A stretch of DNA of 63,059 nt, counting the filler, from Sluysia triapertura (taxonomy: Eukaryota), in the NCBI GenBank assembly GCA_046118255.1. It is 5 parts of 5 records of this genome, joined end to end, with 100 filler letters (N's around TTAATTAATTAA, not from the genome) between each part and the next. Parts side by side here need not be neighbours in the genome. Positions count along the whole stretch, not along the records: positions 49,946 to 63,059 come from JBJNIA010058542.1; 4 more parts are not named here. One strand, 5' to 3'. Shown piece after piece: positions 51,583 to 63,059 of this stretch. Numbering within the stretch: the stretch's first letter is position 1; every line of letters begins with the position of its first letter. Below the pieces are notes generated by a model. It made no database searches, was not told the origin of the DNA, and saw only the letters and a list, made by a program, of their open reading frames with translations. Both the position numbers and the translations under genes were made by a program.

Positions 51583-54500
51583 GTTTGTTAGTAATTGTTT
51601 TTCATTTCTACTTTAACAAAATCAGGAAATTTTCTTTTTTCCAGCACTACAACCTGATCCATATCCTTTTCTACTTCCTTTCAATGTTTCCTTAATGACT
51701 TCAGAACTTTAAGATATTTCATTTAAAATTACTAAAATGCATATTAGTTTTGTTTTAAGTTTATTGATATGTTTTAAGATTATATTTTGCTAATGAACTT
51801 TAAAAGTTATTACTATAAAATTATTCTCACATAATTATATAATTATACAATAATTATTTAATTTTAAGTTTATACTTTTGTTAATTTCCTTTATTTATTT
51901 TCACATAAATAAAAAATCTCATAATTATTATCCTTTAAATATCTTTTGACATTTGCTAATAAAAATTTATTATTGTTAATTATATTAGAATGAAACAAGA
52001 AATGTCATTAAATATTGTTTTAAAAAGCTTTTGCTTGTCTTCAAAATTTACAAAAATTTACTAAAAACAGGAAATTATTTATTTCTTATTTAAATGTAAA
52101 GAAATTTTTATTTTTAATTATAAATAAATAAATATTTTTTAAAAAATTAATAAATATTTAATAAAATACATAAAACTTTACTCAATAACTCAAGAAAATA
52201 AGCAACAAACTCAACAAAAAAGGAAAGGAAACAACTCAAAATTAATAAAAGAAAAATTAAGAAAGTATAATTGAACTTGCCAAACTTTAGTAGCCCAAAA
52301 TAAACAAAACCCAGTAAAAGTAAAAAAAATACTATGCTAGATAATTAACGCAGATGAAAATTTACTATACTATTTATAATTACAATGCACAAAACTTAAC
52401 CAGAACGATAAAAGATGAAGAAAGACAAAAGTCATGTAGCTTGTAATACGTAAGAATAAGGAAACGAATATTGATAAAAGAATAAAATTAAATAGCATGA
52501 TGGATTATATTTATTAATTGGGTTTGTTTATAAAATATCTAAACTAAAATAAAAATAAAGATACGAAGAGAAAGCCCTCCAATGAATTTTTGCCTTTGAA
52601 AATATATAAGTACATTTATTAATTAATTCAGTTAAAAATGGCTTTGATTTAATTTTGTGAAAGATGTTTGTGCATCAGAAAATAACATATGAACTAAAGT
52701 ATTGTATTGAAATTCATAAATATTACTAATGTTGAAATGTTACGAAACAATTTATTTTAATTAACTTTCCGTTACGTAAAATTAAATTTATATGTTGTAA
52801 TGTTCAACTATAATAAAAGTATATATCAAATTAATGCACATAAGATATCAATTTAGGTATGCTATTGAAGTGGAAGTGAAACGTATTGTATTAAAACTTA
52901 TTGTGGAAAAGTTTTGTATTTAATTGACTTTATGCTTACATTAGGCTAATATATGATTCAAACAGTAAACCTTACTAGGATAGTCATGTTAAATTAATTA
53001 TATTAATAAGGTAAAATAATTGTTTGTAGCAACCTCACTATCTTTGGCTAATTACTGGAAGATGATAAATTGGAAAGTATTATCGAAATTTGATTATCAA
53101 AACTGATCACCTTATATCAGACTCAAAAGAATAAGTTATAATGCAAAGTAATTACGTCGAACATCAAATTTCTAATATCTAACAGCAGTTATTTAACTGC
53201 AATTAAGCGATCGCATTTTTGCTAAAAATTTACACATATATCAGAAAAACTGCTTTAACGTTATAATGGCAAACATACAAGCTTTACTTTAGTAATTGAT
53301 TAAACATTTTCATATTTTATTTCTGCGGTTAGTTAACCCAGATTTACCTATATTCATTTTTACCAACTTTTTTTAAATTGTCACCAGTGGATTTCAGTAT
53401 ATTTTATTTAATAGATTGGTATTATTATTGTTAAATTTGTATTTTATTTTGTGATTAGTAAAAATATATCGATATTTTAGACTAATTTAATTGTTATTGA
53501 GTTGTTAATTTAAACTAAAGACACAACAATATTATGGAATGGAATTATCTATTATATGGAGAAAATTGGCAATACAGAGATAAAAATACATGGAATAAGA
53601 TTAAAATACATATTTATTATAAAATAAAATTGACTATTTGACGAAATGAAGTAGAGGAAATAAATGATTTTGAAGAAATTACTGTAGAATGTAAGCAAAC
53701 AAATTTTTGGATATAATGTGGTACTATATAATATACTATATAAGGAGGTACTGATATGACACAACAAAATCATGATTTTGTATTGAAGATTGGTTTAAAA
53801 TTTTGGTTTGATCCGAGGACTTGTTTTAAATATTAGCTTTATCGGAAGATTTGATATGAAGAGAATTTATGAGGACAATATCATATTAAATAAATTTTAT
53901 AAAATAAATTGACTTCAAAAAAACAAAAAAGCATTATATACATATACATATATATAACGGACAAGCTTTTCATTTTAAGTATGAAGCGCCCACACATATT
54001 AGTTATTGCATAATGACGATTTAGTTAATGATTAAAATATTTTCATTTGTAAAATTGATTTTAGTAACTGTAGTTCATAAAGTTGTTACATAAACAAATA
54101 TTATGTGAATAAATAAATAAAATATTTTAAATAAATATTAGACAAAAACAATAAAAAAAGAGTCAAAATATGAATAGTTTAATAAAGCAATAACAATGAT
54201 TTCATGGATTATTTTATTAAATTCATTGACCAATAGCAATTGTTGATGCTCATTTCAAAACTGATTTAAAACCACGTTTGGATCTTGAGTATAAAAAATA
54301 AAATTACAAATATTTTTGAAACACTTAGACCTTCTATTATAATAAGTTGTTTATTTCGATCCATGTATTTTTCAGAAAAGAACTTCAGATCTTCTGGTTA
54401 TTTAAAAGAAATGAAATTTCGTCTGCCATAAAATTTTTTTATAACATGAAATGTTTTAAAATAATGATGGAATATATGTTTTAATACTTATTATTGGTTA

Positions 54501-54980
54501 TATTAAAAATGGTATTAACTTGTTGAAGTACTCGATATTCTACTGCATAAGCATATTTAAACAAGGAATATTTTTAAATCAAGTTATTTTGCGAATACTC
54601 GCATAAATAATAGAATTCTTATTATTAGACTATACTCTGAATATAAAAAGAGCTTGTGATTTAAAGACGTAAAATTACTATGTCAGAGTTGATAACTAAA
54701 TGGAAACTCGTACATACTACATAATTAAATAAATCACACAATTAAATTAAATAAATATAAAATTATCGAAAAAGCATTTCCACAATCTATCGAACATTTT
54801 TAACTTTAAATAAAAATTATATATAACTGCTTATGAAGTAATAAATATATAAATCTGACTCTACTCAATTAATACTAAACAATCAAAATGTCAAAGAAAT
54901 AGCTGGTTTAAAAATAAGTATTCACAACCAAGTATTCTAAAATAAAACAACCTTGTAATCAAACAGAATATTAAAACAGA

Positions 54981-55031
<51 letters not shown>

Positions 55032-55239
55032 TTTATACCAAATGGCACTTTAGATCTTATTGTTAAAATGTTTGGGACATTACAAAACTGTCTTGCAGAT
55101 TCTGCCTATGATGGGCCTAGTAATCGGTTTCTTTAAGAAAAAGCCTGTTGACCAAAGCAAATCTTTGTAAGATGGGAAGCAGAACAATCTTTTACTCGAC
55201 AGACATTACAAAAATTGCAATAATTATAAAATTTATACA

Positions 55240-55530
55240 GACATTTTATATTATGGATGTATTGACAATAACTTGTCTTTCGACTTTTAGAGACATCGGT
55301 TATTGTATAAAACACATAAAAAGATAAAAGATTAAATTTTCGTGTAATTACTTTAATAAGATCCTTGAATTTCATAAAAACATAAAATTCAAATTCTATA
55401 TCTTCGACGTCACATATAACATTGTTGACTAAGAAACACTTTACTTTATGGATACAATGACAATAATTTGTTTTTCGACTTTTAGAGACATCGGTTATTG
55501 TATAAGACACAAAAAATAAAAGATAGAAGT
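55240..55530. repeat. ~90-bp direct repeat with a 195-nt offset
   Basis: tttcgacttttagagacatcggttattgtataa occurs at about 55278 and 55473. Confidence 0.85.
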
Positions 55531-56070
55531 CGCTCGAGTTTCCAGTGACAATAATGTTGTGAAGCTGTCTTATCACTGAAGTCAATCCAACCGTGGCTTC
55601 GACTGTACACAACATGTCTCTCAGCTCATATTCGCGGTGTCCCGTCAAGAGAGGTCCACCTTGCGATTTGGATACTTGATAAGCTTAGACGCCTTGTCCT
55701 CATTAAGACTCTAAGCGCGTCGCCCAACGTGACTTGGCAAGACGTCATGCATTTCCTCATCGACTGTCGTTGTGAAATCTGTTTACCATAATTAACTTTA
55801 TTAAAATCACCTACTTTTGCTTGATTTCTCCTTGTGCATAATTGCATCAATAATTTTTGAATGATAGCAAATTTCAAACAAAAGAAATTAATGATTTTAA
55901 TTTAAAATAACATAATACTTTATTTTAATTTTTAGCTAAATTAGCTCCTGTATTAATTTTCTCGATCAAACATTTATAATATAAATTTATTTGAAAAATA
56001 AGGCCCACTTTTATACATTAAATGTCAATATTTATTATACTGAAATCGCATTAATTTTAAAAAAGTACAA

Positions 56071-56580
56071 TTAAAATATTTTCACTGAAGACTTTGAAAT
56101 ACAATTTCCTACATCATTAGAACGGTTTAAAAGAACATCTGATTTGGCAGGTTGCCTACCAATCATTACAGAACTAAAAAAACTGCTGAAAGCGAGCAAA
56201 CCATTCCGGGTTGATTAAATTGATATAAACCAATATATTCTAGAACTTTGTAACTTACAGTACCCACGAACGATGTATTAGTAGTAAGAATGATCGAACA
56301 ACCACCATAAACCCACACAAAGACCCAATAATGATAATTGAAGTTGAGATTCAGAATTGAAATCTAATTTATCTAATTTAATACCAAGAAATAAAGCAAA
56401 ACATCTTAAAACCCTTGACCACTCATGATGATTCAATAAATTTATTTGACCTCCTAACCAAGCATCGACACGAGGATAAAGCCATCCAATAATTGCTGCC
56501 TCTAGCCACAAGTTAATGGAAGCCAAATCCAAGGACCAACACAACCGAACAAGTAAAGTCCAGAATAAAATATTCCACTA
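56071..56580 (-). pseudogene. INSIG: Insulin-induced gene (INSIG) pseudogene, intronless, with frameshifts and internal deletions
   Basis: Ordered segments SGLYLFG, WIWLPLTCG, AAIIGWLYPRVDAWLG, EWSRVLRCFALFLGI, KLDFNSESQLQLSLLGLCVGLWWLFDHS, IGLYQFNQP and IGRQPA. They match the INSIG motifs WWVPPCCG, GLLYP, EWASVMRCIAVFVGI, KLDF, GLWWTFDRS, GVYQYTSP and IGRQLA as I recall them. Confidence 0.85.
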
Positions 56581-57770
56581 TTTTTGTTTTTTACAAAATG
56601 AGTAATGTACGTAAGTGTAACACCAATACAAAATAATAGTAACAAACGAACTTTTCAATTCATACTAATGATTAAATATTTAAAAACTTTATGAACAGTA
56701 TCTGGTGGAATTTTCTTTTCCACATTTATTTATACGTTTCTCTAATTTTTTTAAAATCTGTAAGATCTTTTGTTGGTTTCTTAAACTTTTCTAAACTCTC
56801 TTTTAGTTCTCTATCACCTTCGAAATATTTTCAGTAATTCTGCTAAAAGTTTTACGCGGTTGTTTTTTAAAAAAAAGAAAACCGGAAAGGCTTGATATGA
56901 GTAAGAAACAGTGAACTACGCGTACCTAATAAGGCTTTAAACACTGAATGGAACAAGTTAAATCAATTTATAATTAATATTGATGCGTTGAATTCCAGAA
57001 TAATAGATGGACATGTTGGTAATGGTTCTTTTAACCGAAAAATTAAATATTGTACATAAAGGAATAGTCATATATGGCTGTGCATAAATATAAAATATTA
57101 CAATTATACACTTATAAAATTACGAGAAAAATAAAAATGGAAAACTGCAAGACACAAGGAGTGATTGTAGTAATGATGACAGCATGACGAATGTTATGTT
57201 TTGTTTTGATCGAAAATGTTAGTAAAAAGGATTTTATTATGCATCTGCAATTTTGTAAGGGTGAGTGATGTGATGTTGTGAATGATATGATCAAAACATG
57301 CCATGTAATTTTTTGTGATGAGGTTTGTGTATTTGGTTGTTATGATTTATGTGATGTGTAGGTAGGTGTGGGCTGGACCAACTCACATTTATTGTTTAAA
57401 GTTTCATTACTTTTTATTATGTTCTTATTTATTTTCTTCAGGTTCTAAAAGTTCTTTCAGTATATCTACATTTAATAGTTCAAAATCGTTTTCTTGAGTT
57501 TTAGAATTTATTTCTAAAATATCAGGATCCATTAATACTTATATCGTCAAATCTAGCAAGATTTAAATATTCTACTTGATTACCTATATCAATATCTTTT
57601 TCTATTTGAATGAAAAATTTAGAGATTCTAATATGCCAAAATATCTTCTACTTCACATAACGCTTTTGTTACTTAACTTAAACAAAATTAAAACTAATAA
57701 AGAAATAAATCTCTCTTCTTCGTATATAGAAAAATATCACACTAAACAATATTAAAATTGTCTACTTAAT

Positions 57771-57839
<69 letters not shown>

Positions 57840-60084
57840 TAAAGATACATGCATACAAACATAAAGAGAACGAGAAAGGAAAACAAAAGTTATAACAATT
57901 ATAAAATTAGAATTATTACAGAATTATTATCATACGGTTTATTATGATTACATTTATAGGATAATTAATACGATAATGTGAAAATTATTATGAGTAATTA
58001 TTATAACAATAACTGTAAATCTACGGTAATTGTAAATTATGACTGTGTTTATGTTTTGAATGAATCAAATAGCTTGTTAGCATTTTATTTATGTATGAAG
58101 TGTAGATTTGTGATGAAATGTGTTTGTGATTGTGATGTGTAGATGTGGAGTTCTAATGTAGAGAATCTAATATATGATCGAATTAAAATATTGGAGTGAA
58201 CTTTTGAAACTAGTTCCGGTTTACAAAATAACAAATTTAACATGTGACACCGGAGAATCGGTATAGAGTGCATAAATTTAAATATCTATTAAAAATCACG
58301 GGATTGAAACTAGAATTCTAGAAACAGGAAAATTAGATCAAATGATAGAATAGCATTTATCTTAAAAGATAGATTAAAAAAATATTTGAGGTAGAAACGA
58401 ACGAACATCACAAACGAGAAAGAATAATTTTAAATATCTTAAATATTAAATAAATGCTAAATAATTAAGAAAAACAAATACAATATAAATTTTACAATTA
58501 TAAAGTTTATGGTTCATCAATTACAAAATTTATGAATAATTATTTTTTGAAATAACCAATAAAAATGACGAAAACTTAATATTTCGATAATATTAATAAT
58601 TTGCATTCTAATAATATGTATAAATGTCTCTTTCACAATTAAACTGAATACAATAAACTTTTCAACACAACAAAGAAAACATATAACGGATAGTTACTAC
58701 AACTTGAATATTAATTTCAAAGAAAGATAAGTTTGATTACAAAATATTATTTTTCACAAGATTCACCAATACTTCATAGCCAACAAGACAGTTTAATTTG
58801 ATTTCTAAACACTACCTCGTTTTTCGTTTGTTATGAGTTAGTTTATTTCTAGTAGGTCTTCCTTATTTAATTAAGCCTAAACTCCCGGTAAAATCATCAT
58901 AATCTGTGTAGTATTTTAACGATACCATTAAAATCTGCTTTAAACTTATATTTAATAAAAATTAAACATATATTAAATATTATATATTATATGTATAGTT
59001 TTCAGTCAGTAATTTTTTCATTATCATTGATATAATAAGTCAAAAGTATTTTAGAATTAATGATAAAACATTAAATAAAATGCAGAAAGTTGTGAATGGA
59101 CATCATTAATAATAAGTTTAAAATAAAGATACTAAAAAATCTAAAGACCGTATACATCAAGTAAATTAAAAAATAAGTTTAATAAATTTTATAAGTAAGC
59201 CTATTCACAAAATCGTAAGTCTCTCTATAGACGAACCCAACTTTTCATAATTTTTTGATAAATAACTTATATACAAGAGCACAGCAGAAATATAATTAAG
59301 TGATTAGTAATAAATTTCAGGGATAATTTTTAAATGCTCAGCCAATAATGAATTCCAAGAATGAATGAGCTATTACCTGAAAAATTATATGAATATTCTC
59401 CTAACGACAATTGATGATACTGAAGAATTAAAAAACCACTAGATAAAGTGTAAGCGAAAATGAAACAAAATTTATGTCTGAAACATTTCAATAATTTTGT
59501 AATAAAAGATGCTTGAAGATATTACAAGTTATACAATCTTACAAACTAAATAAAACATTACTTATAGTTCTTTCATCACAAAATATTATTTATTAAGTAG
59601 TATAATAAAGGAAAACTTAGAGATAATTTTGACAAGACAATGTAGTGAATCAGGCAAACATATTACTGAAAAAACGTGGATGAAATAATTAAAGAATTCC
59701 AAGCATGTAAAATATAAAAGTTCTTTGTTCCGATATAAACATTTAATTGCTAAAGCACGCTCCAATAATACATTAGAGTTATTTAATAGCAAATAAAAAT
59801 TTTTCTATAACTAATTAATTGAAAAGAAAATTTTTATAAATTGATAAGAGTACACTTTATTGATATGATAAAATGAATATAAAATTTTAAATTTTATTGT
59901 AAAAATATAATATTTTTATGGCTTAATTTTATTGATATAATAAAGTTTTTGAATGAAATTTTATTACAATTTTTTTGTGGTTGTCATACAATATTTCTGA
60001 GTATTATTGGATATATAAATAGAGTTGTATAAATAGTTTTGTATAAAAATAAAACAAAAATAAAAGTTAAGATACAAAATCAGA

Positions 60085-60200
60085 CTTAGCGATTTGGTGC
60101 CATCGATTGGAAACATTGTACTTTTGCTGATGATCCAGTTATCTATATTGTTTTTATGAAAAAGGCATTATCATCTCTCCAAGATCTGAAGATTCAAGAT
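60085..60200 (+). mobile_element. LINE reverse transcriptase fragment
   Basis: CTFADDPVIY...LQDL, which resembles the (F/Y)ADD catalytic motif context. Confidence 0.45.
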
Positions 60201-61779
60201 TTTATTCGATTTTATTTTAAAAAGATTTCGTAAGCTTTTTGTTATTAAGTTTTGTTCTTCGTTAACGAATAAGTAAAATACATTTAAATTTTCATTTACC
60301 TTAGGCTAGATTACCGTTTAAATCCGTTTAAATTGAATTATCGTTAAAATGAATTATTAAGAATAATATAACCTCAATTATTTTTTTTGAGTACTACCTT
60401 TGCCAGTAAGTTTCCTCGTCAAACTTGCGCCTACGAAAACTATTTTCAAAATTTATGAAAAAATTAAACAAACCATAAAAATAAACACATTGATCTAATT
60501 TATAATGAGTCAGGAAGTCAAAGCAATTTTCATATAACATATTATTAAAAAATAACTAGTGAAATTTACAGTGGGTTCCATTTGATTCGACTGATATGCG
60601 GAAGATTAATATTCATCATATATAAAACGTTTTAATTTTAATTATACAGAGTTTTGTATTTAATCACATCTTGTAATACACATTAAAATATAATATTTGT
60701 TTAATTAGTAATTCTTTGATCATTGAAGAAATTTTAATTAAGTTAGTACTATATAAACATTAAAAAGGAAATTATACAATTTATATTAGTTGACATAATA
60801 ATAATACTAGTTGACATACATAAGTAATTGCAAGATAAAAGACGAGAATAAATAAAGAAAAGGATAGAATATACCTTAAGAACGAATTATGTCGAGGAAA
60901 TGTAAATACTTGAATAAAAAATCCTATAAGTACGTCTCTCAAACAAATATAAACCGAGCATTATAGGCGAAACTACGTTAACTAACTTGATATCATTTTG
61001 CAAATAGTAAAACACAATAAATTCTTGCATGCACAAATAACTGACATAAATATTGTTATTACAAATTAATTAATAAGTTATATTAATGGACTTACAGATA
61101 TATTACTCGTGACACACTTCAACCATTGCATTATAATAAAACTTATTTTATTTATTCGAACATTATTTTCATCTTCACTTTTAATGTTCATTTTAATGAT
61201 TTTGCTACGAAAAAGTTGGAAGGTTTATTTCATACAAATGAATAAACAACTAAAAGAATAAAGTAATAAAACTATCGGCAAGATAATTTCAATGGCCCAT
61301 TGTATTCGAACGAACAACTAAATCTAAACAATTCAAATGGATACTGCATTCCCGCAAGGAATGTTCACACTACTTTTATTAACTTTTATAACATGCAATA
61401 TTTCGCATACGCATNNNNNNNNNNNNNNNNNNNNNNNNNNNNNNNNNNNNNNNNNNNNNNNNNNNNNNNNNNNNNNNNNNNNNNNNNNNNNNNNNNNNNN
61501 NNNNNNNNNNNNNNNNNNNNNNNNNNNNNNNNNNNNNNNNNNNNNNNNNATTTTTAAAACTGGTTCGCTTAATTCAGTTGACGAGCTTCTAAAATATAAT
61601 TTTTAATTGCATAAATAATAATTATAATAGAGTAATCTTTCTATTAAAGCCTTATAACAATTAATTAATTAACTGATTTATCCGCATCTGAAATAGTCTG
61701 GTGTGATGGTTCAACCTTTTCATTCAAACTTGTACATAAAATATAAACAGAGCGTCACACACAGCAAAAATATCACGCA

Positions 61780-62000
61780 TGTAACATAAAACATAAAATA
61801 AATGCACAATCACAATCACGCAGCTCAATGTATAAATTTATAAAACTTAAAATCCAGCACAGATATAATAAAATAACAATGAAATTTCTACAAAAGCAAT
61901 CTCACATCTTATCTTTCTATCAACTTATTTTCCTTCCAACCAAAGAGTGTGGAACAAGTCAATCATAAATAACAAAAGCAAACTACCAAAACAAAGAGAA
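61780..62000 (+). mobile_element. CR1/L2-like LINE 3' coding remnant
   Basis: YFPSNQRVWNKS resembles FFPRxxxxWNxLP. Its reverse complement shares atgtgagattg...tgtgctg with 2728-2780. Confidence 0.4.
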
Positions 62001-62968
62001 CCGCAACAACCGCAATATTAAAGAACAATAATCATTCCGGATATAAAAATTTTAAAAAGAGAAATTGAACCGTTCGAAGAAAAGCCTTTGATTAGAACAT
62101 AAGGTAAAATCAAGGCGAATCATCACTGAATGCAGTAGATAATTGTTGTTTAAGTGTAATGATAATGCTAACGAGGACCGCTAAACAATGCATAGTAGGC
62201 AGTTAAGTGATTGCCTTCAAAATCATAAATCGTTATCTTCATCATCGGTTTTAATATTATCCCCATCACCACCAGCTAAATCCTACGAACCTCCAACTAT
62301 TAAATCAATAAACAACTTTTTAATTATGTTATCAATGAAGAATTTACTCAAGACAGTAACCTTATAAGAGCCAAACAAAACTTCTCTTATAATTTTAATT
62401 AAGTAGTGTAACCAATAGCAACAATCTGACAACGTTTAAATTTCACTATCGATGACAAATATTATTCAGAGTCATCAACTCGATTTCGAAAACACTTTAT
62501 TTCACTCATCATTATTGACAAAATCGATTTCAACATTGAACTTACAATCAGCTCTCAGTGATAGTAACGAACGAACCAAATTAATTGTTCAAATAAAACA
62601 ACTATAATCATCCCATTAAAAAATTAAAAACCTTCAGATTAAATAAGAAAAATCACTCAAAACGCTTTAATTAACGAAATTATCTTTAGTTCCCATAATA
62701 ATAGTTCCATTTAACAACTTTCGAAGAAACAATGAAACAAACAGCGTAATAAATTAGATTAATAACAATAATAAGAATCTTATTACTAACAATCATAATA
62801 ATCATATGGTATTAACAGTCACATCTAGACTAAGAATAAAACACCACTAGAAATAGATTTAAACATTTAATGTGAAGGTGTGCATAATTATGTTCTTGTC
62901 TTGTTATTAAAACAACAGTTATTAATATAATACTGAAAATTAAGTTAGAGTACAAACACCATCTAGTG

Positions 62969-63040
62969 CAGGGCTTCTTAAATTTTTTATATAGCGACCC
63001 CCTTCAAGCTTAGGAAATTTTAAACGACCCCCTCCTCCAT
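62969..63040 (+). mobile_element. hAT-type MITE left end
   Basis: CAGGGCTTCTTAAATTTTTT...GCGACCCCC with a repeated cgacccc motif. It runs off the window end. Confidence 0.5.
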
Positions 63041-63059
63041 ATAATGAAATATATATTAA

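Overview
Very AT-rich (roughly 20-25% GC by eye), gene-poor eukaryotic DNA, almost certainly animal given a LamG/EGF gene, a MADF-BESS gene, an INSIG relic and short GT-AG introns of 32-46 nt. The organism cannot be named from the sequence alone. The window is not one locus: four artificial 100-nt spacers (N44-TTAATTAATTAA-N44) join at least five contigs (1-10969, 11070-22465, 22566-36083, 36184-49845, 49946-63059), so adjacency across them means nothing. The best-supported genes are a spliced LamG-EGF-LamG-LamG neurexin-like gene with no transmembrane tail (about 23198-25342, +) and an intact 3-exon MADF-BESS gene (33506-34193, -). There is also a likely spliced Cys-rich membrane protein (42577-43530, +) and an intronless, deletion-riddled INSIG pseudogene (56071-56580, -). 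Most remaining recognisable sequence is decayed transposable elements: mariner, Ty3/gypsy, L2/CR1 LINE pieces with (TAT)n tails, hAT-type MITEs and a foldback-like element. The most unusual feature is a ~98-bp cassette, present twice, in which a tRNA-Cys-like cloverleaf with an enlarged anticodon loop lies between TGTTAGAC...GTCTAACA inverted ends. I found no CRISPR array and no prokaryotic operon. No new biological system can be proven from the sequence alone; candidates are listed as hypotheses.
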